From Ruminococcus sp. (GTDB lineage: Bacteria > Bacillota > Clostridia > Oscillospirales > Acutalibacteraceae): a stretch of DNA of 64,000 nucleotides. Positions 29,456 to 38,700 of the stretch are shown here, in pieces. The position numbers were made by a program, and so were the translations under genes. Position 1 is the stretch's first letter, and each line of letters starts with the position of its first letter. The stretch covers positions 8,426 through 72,425 of the forward strand of contig JAZUOM010000001.1 in assembly GCA_045604645.1 (NCBI GenBank), given 5' to 3'. Below the pieces are notes generated by a model. The model did not search any database, was not told where the DNA came from, and saw only the letters and a program-made list of their open reading frames with translations.

Positions 29456-29485
29456 ATTATACTACAATGTGCACATATTTTTCAA
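29456..29485 (-). promoter_or_regulatory. Sigma-A promoter for the amylase with a palindrome in the spacer
   Basis: TTGAAA-N18-TATAAT; ATGTGCACAT palindrome at 29467-29476. Confidence 0.55.
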
Positions 29486-29631
29486 TCCATATTTCATACA
29501 AATTTAATAATTTTATTTATTCAAATTAGATAAAAAACAAAATTTATATAATTTTGTTCAATACAACTGTGTTCTTGAAATGATAGAATTTATGTGATAT
29601 TATACCATTATATCTTTTAGAGGTGAAACTA

Positions 29632-30009
29632 ATGAAAAAGTGCAACTACTGCGCAAAAGAAGTATCATATCATCAGTTTTATTGCTGTGATGAATGTCAG
29701 ACTGGCGCAAATAAATTTTATGATTTAAGAGAAAAAATATCAATTATCATCGGCATATTAAACGGCATCTGTGTTATGTCAATCGGCATTGGAATATTCG
29801 TGTTCTCTTTCTTTAATGAAGTCGGAGCGTATATGGTATCTGTTGCTCTGTCGATACTGGGAATTTTGTTTCTTATATTCCCTATTCCTGCTGATGTTAT
29901 GATTGAAAAATATAAAATTCAAAAATCTGTAAAATTGACAAGACTTATTTCAATAGTTTTGCTCGCACTTGGAATAGTCGCACTTGTTTTTACTGTAATT
30001 TCCTTTTAA
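29632..30009 (+). CDS. Small membrane protein with N-terminal Cys-rich Zn-ribbon (DUF2116-like)
   Basis: CNYC-x9-YCCDEC followed by three hydrophobic segments; GAGGTG RBS before ATG 29632. Confidence 0.7.
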   Translation: MKKCNYCAKEVSYHQFYCCDECQTGANKFYDLREKISIIIGILNGICVMSIGIGIFVFSFFNEVGAYMVSVALSILGILFLIFPIPADVMIEKYKIQKSVKLTRLISIVLLALGIVALVFTVISF

Positions 30010-30076
30010 TATTTGCATAATAACAAATGAACTGCTAAGAATATTAAAACAGCCTAAAATTTATGGAGGTTTTAAT

Positions 30077-30304
30077 ATGCTGGATAAAATCGCACTGACT
30101 TTGCTTGTTGTCGGCGGAATCAACTGGGGCAGCATCGGACTTTTTCAGTTTGATATTGTAGCTTGGATTTGCGGCGGACAAACAGGCATTATCAGTAGAA
30201 TCGTCTATGTAATTGTCGGTCTGTGTGCTTTGTGGTGCATTTCTCTGCTGTTCAGAGACCACACAGAAGCAGGCGACTCGGACCTTACAAGCAACCCGAT
30301 ATAA
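30077..30304 (+). CDS. DUF378 (YuzA-like) small membrane protein
   Basis: DKIAL.L.VVGGINWG.IG.F.FD.V, SRIVY.IVGL.ALW; GGAGG RBS. Confidence 0.92.
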   Translation: MLDKIALTLLVVGGINWGSIGLFQFDIVAWICGGQTGIISRIVYVIVGLCALWCISLLFRDHTEAGDSDLTSNPI

Positions 30305-30339
30305 AAAATGCCGTCGGCAAAACCGACGGCATTATTTTT
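30303..30339. terminator. Bidirectional terminator
   Basis: aatgccgtcgg-caaaa-ccgacggcatt with A/T tracts. Confidence 0.85.
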
Positions 30340-30360
30340 GTGCTATTTTTCTGATTAAAA

Positions 30361-31569
30361 TTAAAGTGCATTAACGATATCCTGAGTATCTCTTGCGATA
30401 ACAAGTTCTTCATTAGTAGCAATAAGCTCAACACGGATAGTAGAATCATCTGTAGAAAGCTGACCTGTCACACCACGTTTAGCCTGTTCGTTAAACTGTA
30501 CATCAAGCTTAACACCCAAGAACTCAAGATACTCACAAACTCTTAATCTGAGCTGTGGCTGGTTTTCGCCAAGTCCTGCTGTAAATACGATAGCATCACA
30601 ACCGCCCATAGCTACGTAATACTGGCCGATATACTTTGCTATCTGGTAGTAGAGCATATCGTGTGCAAGCTTAGCACGAGGGTTACCTGCTTCTTCTGCT
30701 GCAGAAACATCGCGGTCATCAGAAGAAACACCGGAAACACCCAGTAAACCTGATTTTTTATTAAGAAGAGTGTCCATCTCCTTTGGAGAGAGGTTTTCTT
30801 TATCTGCGATAAAAGTAACAACAGACGGGTCAAGACAACCGGTACGAGTACCCATCATAATACCATCAAGCGGTGTAAGACCCATTGATGTATCAACAAC
30901 CTTACCGCCGTCAACAGCAGTAATTGATGAACCGTTACCGATGTGACAAGTGATGATTTTGAGGTCTTTGATGTCTTTGCCCATAATTTTTGCCATCTCA
31001 GAAGATACATAACGGTGTGATGTGCCGTGTGCGCCGTATCTTCTTACAGCGTATTTCTCATAAAACTCGTATGGTACAGCGTACATATATGCTTTTTCAG
31101 GCATAGTAGAATGGAATGATGTATCAAATACAGCAACCATTGGTGTGTCCTTGCCAAATACTTCAAGACAGCCTTTCATAGCCTGTACATGAGCAGGGTT
31201 GTGAAGTGGAGCAAGTGGGCTTAAGCTATCAATGTCAGCGAGCACTTTCTCATCAATAAGCACAGATGACTTGAATATAGAACCGCCCTGCACTACACGA
31301 TGACCAATAGCAGATACTTCGTCAAGACTCTTGATAACACCATATTCGCTATCAAGAAGAGCATCTTTAACTACCATAAATGCCTGTGCGTGGTTTTCCA
31401 TAGCAGCTTCTTTCTCAAAAGCTCTGCCGTCAGCAGTCTTGTGACCAATAAATGAACCTTCCTGACCAACACGCTCACAGTTACCCTTTGCAATCATTGA
31501 CTCGGTTTCCATATCAATAAGCTGATATTTAAGTGATGAACTGCCTGCGTTGATAACTAAAATTTTCAT
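30361..31569 (-). CDS. ackA: Acetate kinase
   Basis: INAGSSSLK, GHRVV, LAPLHN, FDTSFH, HGTSH, MGLTPLDG..MGTR, FTAGLGEN, TNEE. Confidence 0.98.
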   Translation of the reverse strand: MKILVINAGSSSLKYQLIDMETESMIAKGNCERVGQEGSFIGHKTADGRAFEKEAAMENHAQAFMVVKDALLDSEYGVIKSLDEVSAIGHRVVQGGSIFKSSVLIDEKVLADIDSLSPLAPLHNPAHVQAMKGCLEVFGKDTPMVAVFDTSFHSTMPEKAYMYAVPYEFYEKYAVRRYGAHGTSHRYVSSEMAKIMGKDIKDLKIITCHIGNGSSITAVDGGKVVDTSMGLTPLDGIMMGTRTGCLDPSVVTFIADKENLSPKEMDTLLNKKSGLLGVSGVSSDDRDVSAAEEAGNPRAKLAHDMLYYQIAKYIGQYYVAMGGCDAIVFTAGLGENQPQLRLRVCEYLEFLGVKLDVQFNEQAKRGVTGQLSTDDSTIRVELIATNEELVIARDTQDIVNAL

Positions 31570-31585
31570 AACTTTTCCTCCAATA

Positions 31586-31643
31586 TTGAAAATGTCATTT
31601 TTTTACCGTATAATATAATAATACTTTTTCTTTTATATTTCAA
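31586..31643. promoter_or_regulatory. Overlapping divergent sigma-A promoters for tmcAL (+) and ackA (-)
   Basis: Plus strand TTGAAA(31586)-N17-TATAAT(31609-31614); minus strand TTGAAA(31638-31643)-N17-TATTAT(31615-31620). Confidence 0.6.
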
Positions 31644-31660
31644 GTTTTTTCATAAAAGAG

Positions 31661-32818
31661 GTGAGCAATTTGAAAACAGCGGCTGTTATTTGCGAATTTA
31701 ATCCGTTTCACAATGGCCACAAATACTTAATAGATTCGATAAAATCACAACACGCAGACCGAGTTGTTGCTATTATGAGCGGAAATTTTGTACAGCGTGG
31801 CGATGTGGCTATCACCGACAAATACGAGCGTGCAAAAGCGGCTCTACAAAACGGCTGTGATTTAGTGGTTGAACTACCTACAGTTTATGCTGTTTCAAGT
31901 GCTGAAATTTTTGCAAAAGGTGCTGTAAGTATAGCAAAAGCGCTTGGTGTCGATATGCTGTGCTTTGGTGTCGAAAACAACGATATATCTATGCTCAATG
32001 ATATCAGTGATATTTTTGATGACACAGCCTTTATCGATGAAATCAAAAAACAGATGGACTCAGGCGATTACTACGCAAAGGCTGTAAGCAACGCTACTGA
32101 AAAATTTTTGTCAAAAGAGCACGCAGAGCTTTTAAGAGGTTCTAACAACACACTGGCTATCGAATACTTAAAAGCAATCAAAGGCACAGATATCAGACCG
32201 ATTGCGATTAAAAGAAAAGATGTAAAGCACGATAGCAGTACTCACAGTAACACAATAGCAAGTGCTTCTTTTATCAGAGAACTTATAAAAAACGGTGATG
32301 ATTATTCTGATTTTACAAGTATGAAAATTAATAATCCATCAAAACTTGAAAACATCGAATCAGCAATAATGTACAGACTCAAAACAATGAGTAAAGAAGA
32401 GCTTGAAAAACTGCCTAATGCTAACGAGGGACTTAACAACAGAATCTTTGAATATGCAAAGAAAAATAATTACTTAGATAAGTTTATTGATGAACTGAAA
32501 ACTCACAGGTATACTTACTCAAGATTAAGAAGACTGATTATTTGTGCACTAATAGGTATTAATATTGATACAGTAAAAAAATCAAGTGAGGGTGCAAAGT
32601 ACATCCGTGTGCTAGGGATAAACGACAATGGCTCAACTCTGTTGAAGAGTGCGTGTCTCCCTGTTGTCGCAAAAGTCAGGCAAGACTACGAAAAATTAGA
32701 CAATGATGCAAAAGAGATGTTTGATTTAGACGTAAGAGCAAGCGAGATTTTTAATCTTGCAAGAAACGACAAAAACGAATACACAAACGACTTCTCTCAC
32801 AAAATCATAAAGATATAA
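31661..32818 (+). CDS. tmcAL: tRNA(Met) cytidine acetate ligase (YlbM/TmcAL, HIGH nucleotidyltransferase)
   Basis: EFNPFHNGH, MSGNFVQRG, VELP, NNTLAIEY, SASFIR, RYTYSRL.R; adjacent to ackA. Confidence 0.88.
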   Translation: MSNLKTAAVICEFNPFHNGHKYLIDSIKSQHADRVVAIMSGNFVQRGDVAITDKYERAKAALQNGCDLVVELPTVYAVSSAEIFAKGAVSIAKALGVDMLCFGVENNDISMLNDISDIFDDTAFIDEIKKQMDSGDYYAKAVSNATEKFLSKEHAELLRGSNNTLAIEYLKAIKGTDIRPIAIKRKDVKHDSSTHSNTIASASFIRELIKNGDDYSDFTSMKINNPSKLENIESAIMYRLKTMSKEELEKLPNANEGLNNRIFEYAKKNNYLDKFIDELKTHRYTYSRLRRLIICALIGINIDTVKKSSEGAKYIRVLGINDNGSTLLKSACLPVVAKVRQDYEKLDNDAKEMFDLDVRASEIFNLARNDKNEYTNDFSHKIIKI

Positions 32819-32819
32819 C

Positions 32820-32850
32820 TAACGCCCACTATTAAAGTGGGCGTTATCTT
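32820..32850. terminator. Bidirectional terminator
   Basis: taacgcccact-attaa-agtgggcgtta. Confidence 0.8.
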
Positions 32851-34620
32851 TTATGCTAATTGATATTTATCGCTGTACTGTGAGAACAGAGTATCGTACT
32901 CATCAGAATTACGTCTGATCTTCTTTAGTGCTTTGTGGGCTCTGAAGTCGTTGTTAACAAGTTCCACTACTGCGCCAACTATGTTAAGACAATGGTCTGA
33001 TATACGCTCAAAATTAGTAAGCAAATCTGACCAAACAAAGCCTGTCTCCAGATTACACAAGCCCTGTTGCAAACGCACAGTGTGGTTTGAACGCATCTGT
33101 TCTTTGAGTGTATCGATAATTTCCTCAAGACACTCAACCCTGACAGCAAGCTGTGCATCATTATTGATAAACGCGGTTAAAGACAGGTCAATTATCTCAG
33201 CAACTGCGTTTTCAAGCATATTAAGCTCTGCTTTTGCTTTGTCAGTAAACTTAAGGTCTTTTTCATGCATTTCTTCGACAGAAAAAACAATGCTGCGTGC
33301 GTGGTCAGAAATACGCTCGAAATCACCAATAACCTTGAGAAGCATCGAAGCAGCTGCGCTGTTTTCGCCGGTAATATCCAAACTGCTGAGTTTGACAAGA
33401 TAAGAGCCAAGTGTATCCTCATATTTATCTGTAACTTTTTCGGCTTCTTTTACTCTTTGTGCTATATCCTTGCTGTAATTTGAAAGAGCAGATACGCAAT
33501 CGTAGTATGACTGCTGTGACCAATGTCCCATATCAACAGCTACTGTGCGACAGGTATCAAGCGCGATTGATGGAGTAGCAAGCAAACGCTCGTCGATAAA
33601 AACAGTACTTAGATTGTCTGATTCTTCTTCCTTGTCTTTGATAACAGCACAAGAATAATTAACAAGCTGTTTAACAAATGGCAGTAAAAGAGCTGTTGTG
33701 GTTACATTGAAGATAACGTGGAACAAAGATACTCGCATCTGCAGTGACATCGGATCGTCCCCAGGGAAAACTGATACAAGGAAATTAACCATAGGATCTT
33801 TGAATATCCAGATAATCGCAGCAAATGCCACTGAACCGATAGTATTAAAAGTAAAGTGTATGAGTGCAACTCGTTTTGAGTTAGCATTTGCACCTACCGC
33901 TGCAAGCAGTGCTGTTATACAAGTACCGATATTAGCACCAAGTATAATAAACAGAGCAAGGTCGAGCGGAAGAACACCCGTACCCACCATTGTAATAACG
34001 ACACCTGTAGCAGCAGATGAGCTCTGAATAAGTGCCGTAAAAATAACACCAACAAGGATTAAGAGGAGTGGAAAATCAATCATCTTAAACACTTCAGTGA
34101 ACATATCTTCAACAAGCGGATTTCCAAATGCCTGTTCGCTGCTCATAACGCTAAGACCAACGAAGATAAGTCCAAGACCGCTACAGAGAGTACCCGCGAT
34201 TTTTACCTTTTCTTTTTTAGAAAAGCCCATCATTACACCCGCAAAAGCAAGTGCATACATAATCATATCAAAATAATCATTCTTAAGAGCAACAAGTACG
34301 CCTGTAATAGTAGTACCTATATTTGCGCCCATAATAATTGGTGTTGCCTGCATAAGTGTCATAACACCGGCATTTACAAGACCGATAACCATAACAGATG
34401 TAGCAGACGAGCTCTGGATAATTGCTGTAACACCTGCACCGATGCCCACACCCGAAAAACGATTGTTGCTAATTTTCTCTAGCAATCTTTTCATACCTGC
34501 GCCGGCACTTTTTTCTAAGGCATCACCCATAAAATTCATACCAACAATAAACACACCTACACCGGCAAGCAACCATATAAGACTTGCTAACAGTTGCATA
34601 ATCTGATCAGAATTCAACAT
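32851..34620 (-). CDS. Na+/Pi cotransporter family protein with C-terminal PhoU-like domains
   Basis: Two IQSSSA and GANIGT repeats; two ERISDH motifs. Confidence 0.93.
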   Translation of the reverse strand: MLNSDQIMQLLASLIWLLAGVGVFIVGMNFMGDALEKSAGAGMKRLLEKISNNRFSGVGIGAGVTAIIQSSSATSVMVIGLVNAGVMTLMQATPIIMGANIGTTITGVLVALKNDYFDMIMYALAFAGVMMGFSKKEKVKIAGTLCSGLGLIFVGLSVMSSEQAFGNPLVEDMFTEVFKMIDFPLLLILVGVIFTALIQSSSAATGVVITMVGTGVLPLDLALFIILGANIGTCITALLAAVGANANSKRVALIHFTFNTIGSVAFAAIIWIFKDPMVNFLVSVFPGDDPMSLQMRVSLFHVIFNVTTTALLLPFVKQLVNYSCAVIKDKEEESDNLSTVFIDERLLATPSIALDTCRTVAVDMGHWSQQSYYDCVSALSNYSKDIAQRVKEAEKVTDKYEDTLGSYLVKLSSLDITGENSAAASMLLKVIGDFERISDHARSIVFSVEEMHEKDLKFTDKAKAELNMLENAVAEIIDLSLTAFINNDAQLAVRVECLEEIIDTLKEQMRSNHTVRLQQGLCNLETGFVWSDLLTNFERISDHCLNIVGAVVELVNNDFRAHKALKKIRRNSDEYDTLFSQYSDKYQLA

Positions 34621-34767
34621 ATTATTTCTCCTTAGTTCATACTGAATTTCCTGATTTATTGTTATATAGCTAATCGCTTATAACACAGCGATTCCGGCAC
34701 AAAACAAAAATTGCCAAAAATCTACAATTATTATACTAGAATTATCTCCACCAAAAAAGCAAAAATG

Positions 34768-34826
34768 CGTAACCCTTGTGTTAAATCCAGGTAAAACTAA
34801 AAACGCTTCTGTTAAATAGATTTAAC
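34768..34826 (-). promoter_or_regulatory. Putative Pho-box-like direct repeats upstream of the Na/Pi cotransporter
   Basis: Minus strand TTTACC-N5-TTAACA-N5-GTTACG (11-bp period, 34768-34795) plus GTTAAA-N5-TTAACA (34810-34826). Confidence 0.5.
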
Positions 34827-34871
34827 ATTTATAAAGAATTTATCTGGTGTTTTTTTGTCAAACTATATTGT

Positions 34872-35396
34872 TTATATCACATTAATCTGACAGCAACGCA
34901 TTGTATCGAGTGCGGCGTTATGAGTAGCAACGCTGACACCGGCGCAACATTCGCTATCTACATAAATTTCTTTATCAGAATAATGAGCTTTTAAAATCAA
35001 CGCATTAGATACCACACAAATGTCAGTGCATAGACCAATCAGTGTAATATCAAAATCACTCTCTTTTGCGATATCGCTAATTATTTTTGGTAGCTCGACA
35101 CTACCAAAAGTCGGCTTTTCAACGACTGTATATGCCCTGTTTTGCAATACATTTGCTATTTTTTCATTAAGTTGCCATCCGTCAGTGCCTTTGACACAAT
35201 GAGTGACAGGGAGTTTTAAGCCCTCTGAAGTATCAAGGTAGTTTTCATGATGAGTATCATATGTGACAATGATTTCGCCATCAAAATTCTCTATCCTGTT
35301 GACGCAATTATCGATTATATCAACAGCCTCCTTAGTGCCAAGAGCACCATCAACAAAATCTTTCTGGATATCTACAACAACTAAAAAATGTTTCAT
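34872..35396 (-). CDS. Isochorismatase-family cysteine hydrolase (nicotinamidase-like)
   Basis: VVDIQKDF, DTH, HC..GT.G, KPTF, GLCTDICV. Confidence 0.88.
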   Translation of the reverse strand: MKHFLVVVDIQKDFVDGALGTKEAVDIIDNCVNRIENFDGEIIVTYDTHHENYLDTSEGLKLPVTHCVKGTDGWQLNEKIANVLQNRAYTVVEKPTFGSVELPKIISDIAKESDFDITLIGLCTDICVVSNALILKAHYSDKEIYVDSECCAGVSVATHNAALDTMRCCQINVI

Positions 35397-35452
35397 ATTA
35401 TCATCTCCTGCGTCTGATTATACACCACAAGTATCGATTTGTAAATCAAAAC

Positions 35453-35480
35453 ACACCATGTAAACTGTAAGCATAATATA
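35453..35480 (+). promoter_or_regulatory. Putative sigma-K (or sigma-E) promoter
   Basis: AC-N17-CATAATATA directly before GGAGGTG RBS. Confidence 0.45.
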
Positions 35481-35496
35481 TAATGGAGGTGAAAAA

Positions 35497-35895
35497 ATGA
35501 GGAGAAATTGTAACACAGGTAACGAGTGTCTTGTTGTGGCTATTGCTGCAAGCATCGTTATAGGTATTGTAACAGGAATACTGACAATAACAGGAATCAT
35601 CGCTACAACGCCTGCATTTTTGTGGGTAGTTTTCGGCATAGCGGTTGTTTATCTGCTGACCGCGTTTGTAGTATCAACGCAAAACAATTTTGAAACACCG
35701 TGCAAAACACAAAGGATACTTGCAACATTTATTGCCGGCATACTCGGAACAATTTTGTTTTCCGTAATACTACTTGCCATCACTTTTGCTGCGACAAGCG
35801 CAACAGGCGCTGTATTAACAGGCTTGCTGCTTAGTTCGTTTTCGCTTATTATAACAACAACTGCTTGCCTGATACTGGGCGAGTATACTGAATAA
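35497..35895 (+). CDS. Hypothetical four-helix membrane protein
   Basis: Strong GGAGGTG RBS; four hydrophobic segments; several Cys. Confidence 0.75.
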   Translation: MRRNCNTGNECLVVAIAASIVIGIVTGILTITGIIATTPAFLWVVFGIAVVYLLTAFVVSTQNNFETPCKTQRILATFIAGILGTILFSVILLAITFAATSATGAVLTGLLLSSFSLIITTTACLILGEYTE

Positions 35896-35910
35896 ACAGG
35901 ACATGTAAAT

Positions 35911-35942
35911 AAAAAAGCGGGCATCTAATCAGATGTCCGCTT
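35911..35942. terminator. Bidirectional terminator
   Basis: aagcgggcatct-aatc-agatgtccgctt with A tract. Confidence 0.78.
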
Positions 35943-35946
35943 AGTT

Positions 35947-36873
35947 TTATTCAAAAAGTGGAGTTGAGAAATATCTCTCGGCTGTATCAGGCAGGACAGT
36001 TACAATGGTTTTGCCTTTGCCCAAAATTTTAGCCATACGCATAGCTGCGGCAACATTTGTGCCACTGCTGATGCCGCACATAATGCCCTCTTTTGACGCA
36101 AGATCTTTTGATGCCTGCAGTGCTTCTTCGTCTTTAATAATACAAACATCATCATAAATCTCGGTGTTCAGAATATCAGGGATAAGTCCATCACCTATAC
36201 CCATCTGAACATGAGTACCAATAGAGCCACCAGATAGTATGGCCGCATTTTCAGGCTCGACAGCCCAGATAAGCATATCAGGATTTTTGTCCTTCAACAC
36301 TTCGCCGATACCTGTTATGGTACCGCCTGTGCCAATACCTGAGCAAAAGCCGTGAATCGGGCCATTAACCTGCTCAAGAATTTCTCTGCCTGTGCCTGTA
36401 CGCTGAATTTCAGGGTTTGCAGGATTTTCAAACTGCTGTGGCACAAACACGTTCTTGTCCTGTGCCTTCATTTCAAGTGCGATATTAAGACACTCTTCAA
36501 TGCAATCGCCGATATTACCGGCATCATGCACAAGGATAACCTGTGCACCATAGTGCTCAACAAGCATTCTTCTCTCTTCGCTGACAGAGTCAGGCATAAT
36601 AATCTTGACCTTAAGACCAAGCACAGCTCCAACAAGCGCAAGTCCTATTCCCTGATTGCCTGATGTAGGTTCAACAATAATAGTGTCCTTGTTAATAAGT
36701 CCTTTGTTTTGTGCATCTTTAATCATATTGAAGGCAGTGCGTGTTTTGATAGAGCCGCCAACATTAAGTCCCTCGAACTTTACCAGAACATCTGCATCAT
36801 TTTCGCCTGTCATATGCTGTAATTTAATGATAGGTGTGTTACCCATCGCCTCTAAAATGTTGTTACAAATCAT
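35947..36873 (-). CDS. cysK: PLP-dependent cysteine synthase family protein (CysK-like)
   Basis: GNTP, GGSIK (PLP Lys), PTSGN, QQFEN, GTGGT, GISSG, PDTAERY. Confidence 0.75.
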   Translation of the reverse strand: MICNNILEAMGNTPIIKLQHMTGENDADVLVKFEGLNVGGSIKTRTAFNMIKDAQNKGLINKDTIIVEPTSGNQGIGLALVGAVLGLKVKIIMPDSVSEERRMLVEHYGAQVILVHDAGNIGDCIEECLNIALEMKAQDKNVFVPQQFENPANPEIQRTGTGREILEQVNGPIHGFCSGIGTGGTITGIGEVLKDKNPDMLIWAVEPENAAILSGGSIGTHVQMGIGDGLIPDILNTEIYDDVCIIKDEEALQASKDLASKEGIMCGISSGTNVAAAMRMAKILGKGKTIVTVLPDTAERYFSTPLFE

Positions 36874-36906
36874 ATAATATATCCTTATCTAATTTACTAA
36901 TTGCAC

Positions 36907-36935
36907 ATTATAGCATATTCTTAAACACATTTCAA
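36907..36935 (-). promoter_or_regulatory. Sigma-A promoter for the cysK-like gene
   Basis: TTGAAA-N17-TATAAT with extended -10 TG. Confidence 0.7.
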
Positions 36936-36955
36936 TGTGTCATAATATATGCAAA

Positions 36956-38065
36956 TCATTTGTAATACATATATACATTACATTTGAGCATTCCGTTGTA
37001 GAGTTTTCTGCGTTTATCAGCTAATCTACCGAAGCATTTTTCAAAATCATCATCAGGACTAATAATAGTGTAGCTATAGTGGTCTTTTCTTACAAAACGC
37101 TTGCCCATGATTTTATAAATCTTTTCTGCTTGAGTTACATCAAGTAAACGCTCACCATATGGTGGGTTTGTGATAACACACAAATACTCGCTGTCTGACT
37201 CAAAGTCTTTTACATCTTTGCACTCAAAGGTAATTCTGTCAGCTACAAAGGCTTTCTGCGCATTTTCTTTTGCTATTTTGAGTGTATTTTCGTCGATATC
37301 ATATCCGTATGCAAAAAAAGTACAATCTCTGTTTTCAAGCGACTTTGCACGCTCGCGCTCGCTCTCCCACACTGCTTTGTCTGACATAGCCCAATCTTCT
37401 GACACAAAATGTCTGTTGACACCGGGCATAATGTTCAAGGCTTTGAGCGCTGCTTCAATCACAATAGTTCCGCTTCCGCACATAGGGTCACAAACGATGT
37501 GATTTTTTCTTACTCTGGAGAGATCAACCATAGCAGCCGCAAGCGTTTCTCTTATTGGGGCTTCGTTTGCATTTTCTCTGTAGCCTCGCTTATGAAGTCC
37601 GTCACCCGAGGTATCTATCATAATACTTACTTTATCTTTGATAATAAGAAAATGTATTCTGTGCACTGCTCCCTCTTCATCAAACCAATCGGTGTTGTAG
37701 GTTTTCTTGAGGTTTTCAACAACCGCTTTTTTGATAATTTTCTGACACGCAGGAATGCTTGAGAGCGTTGAGTTAATTGAGTTTCCTTTGACAGGAAACG
37801 CTTCGTTAACAGCAATATACTGTGACCAGTCAACGCTACTTACACCCAAAAACAGTTCTTCAAAAGTTGATGCGCTAAACTCATTTACAAGAATGAGAAT
37901 TCGCTCTGCGTAGCGTGAGCAGATATTCGCTCTGGCAAGTGTTGAAAAATCGCCGTCAAAAAGCACCCTGCCGTTTTCAGCCCTTACGTTCTCTATGTCA
38001 TGGTGTCTAAGTTCATTTGCAACAAGACCCTCAAGCCCTAAAAGACATGTAGCACAAAATGTCAT
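36956..38065 (-). CDS. THUMP-domain class I SAM-dependent RNA methyltransferase (YpsC/RlmL-like)
   Basis: GLE..VA.EL, DTSG..LHKRGYR, AP.RETLAAA, DPMCGSGT, NPPYGER. Confidence 0.92.
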   Translation of the reverse strand: MTFCATCLLGLEGLVANELRHHDIENVRAENGRVLFDGDFSTLARANICSRYAERILILVNEFSASTFEELFLGVSSVDWSQYIAVNEAFPVKGNSINSTLSSIPACQKIIKKAVVENLKKTYNTDWFDEEGAVHRIHFLIIKDKVSIMIDTSGDGLHKRGYRENANEAPIRETLAAAMVDLSRVRKNHIVCDPMCGSGTIVIEAALKALNIMPGVNRHFVSEDWAMSDKAVWESERERAKSLENRDCTFFAYGYDIDENTLKIAKENAQKAFVADRITFECKDVKDFESDSEYLCVITNPPYGERLLDVTQAEKIYKIMGKRFVRKDHYSYTIISPDDDFEKCFGRLADKRRKLYNGMLKCNVYMYYK

Positions 38066-38077
38066 TTTTATCTCCTC

Positions 38078-38107
38078 AAAAAATCGGGCGGAAGTTTTCT
38101 TCCGCCC
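38078..38107 (-). terminator. Terminator after hpf
   Basis: Minus strand gggcggaag-aaaa-cttccgccc-gattttt. Confidence 0.75.
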
Positions 38108-38130
38108 AAAGTTATTATTCAGTAAAGAAG

Positions 38131-38664
38131 TTAGTCATCAAACTCAGGTTCGAGCAAGCCGTATGCCCCGTCATCGCGACAATAAACAACATTGATTTGA
38201 TTTGTTTGTGAATTGGTGAACATATAGAACTTGTGACCAACCATATTCATCTGAAGTATTGCTTCGTCCACGCTGATAGGTTTTATCGGAATCTGCTTTG
38301 TACGCACAAGGTTGTATTCTTCCTCATCAGGTGTTTCAGCAGGCACCTCAAACAAATCGTCAATAGAACCGGATTTGAGTTTTTTCTCAAGTTTAGCTTT
38401 GTTCTTTCTGAGTTGTCTTTTAAGTACCTCAATGCACTTATCGACGGCATCGTTCATCTCAAGCTGCGTCTTCTCTGCCCTGTAAACCATCGAATTATCC
38501 CTGATGGTGATTTCAACGGTCTGGTTGTTCTTGTTCATTGTGACAACAACATTCACAACAGCATCTTCTGAGAAAATCTTCTCAAATTTTTTGAGTTTTT
38601 TCTCGACACGCTCCTTGAAATTGTCTCTCAGATTGACCTTTCTTGCGGTATAGGTAATCTTCAT
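38131..38664 (-). CDS. hpf: Ribosome hibernation promoting factor (long HPF)
   Basis: VEITI, RQLRKNK, C-terminal VRTK...KP.SVDEAILQM...GH.FY.F, Y.R.DG.YGL. Confidence 0.93.
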   Translation of the reverse strand: MKITYTARKVNLRDNFKERVEKKLKKFEKIFSEDAVVNVVVTMNKNNQTVEITIRDNSMVYRAEKTQLEMNDAVDKCIEVLKRQLRKNKAKLEKKLKSGSIDDLFEVPAETPDEEEYNLVRTKQIPIKPISVDEAILQMNMVGHKFYMFTNSQTNQINVVYCRDDGAYGLLEPEFDD

Positions 38665-38700
38665 ATTAATGCCTCCTTTGCATTATGGTGTAATTGTAAT

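Noticed and set aside
30015-30046. Sigma-G/F promoter for the DUF378 gene (GCATA...AATATTA)
   Set aside because: Spacing deviates from consensus; plausible but not supportable from sequence alone
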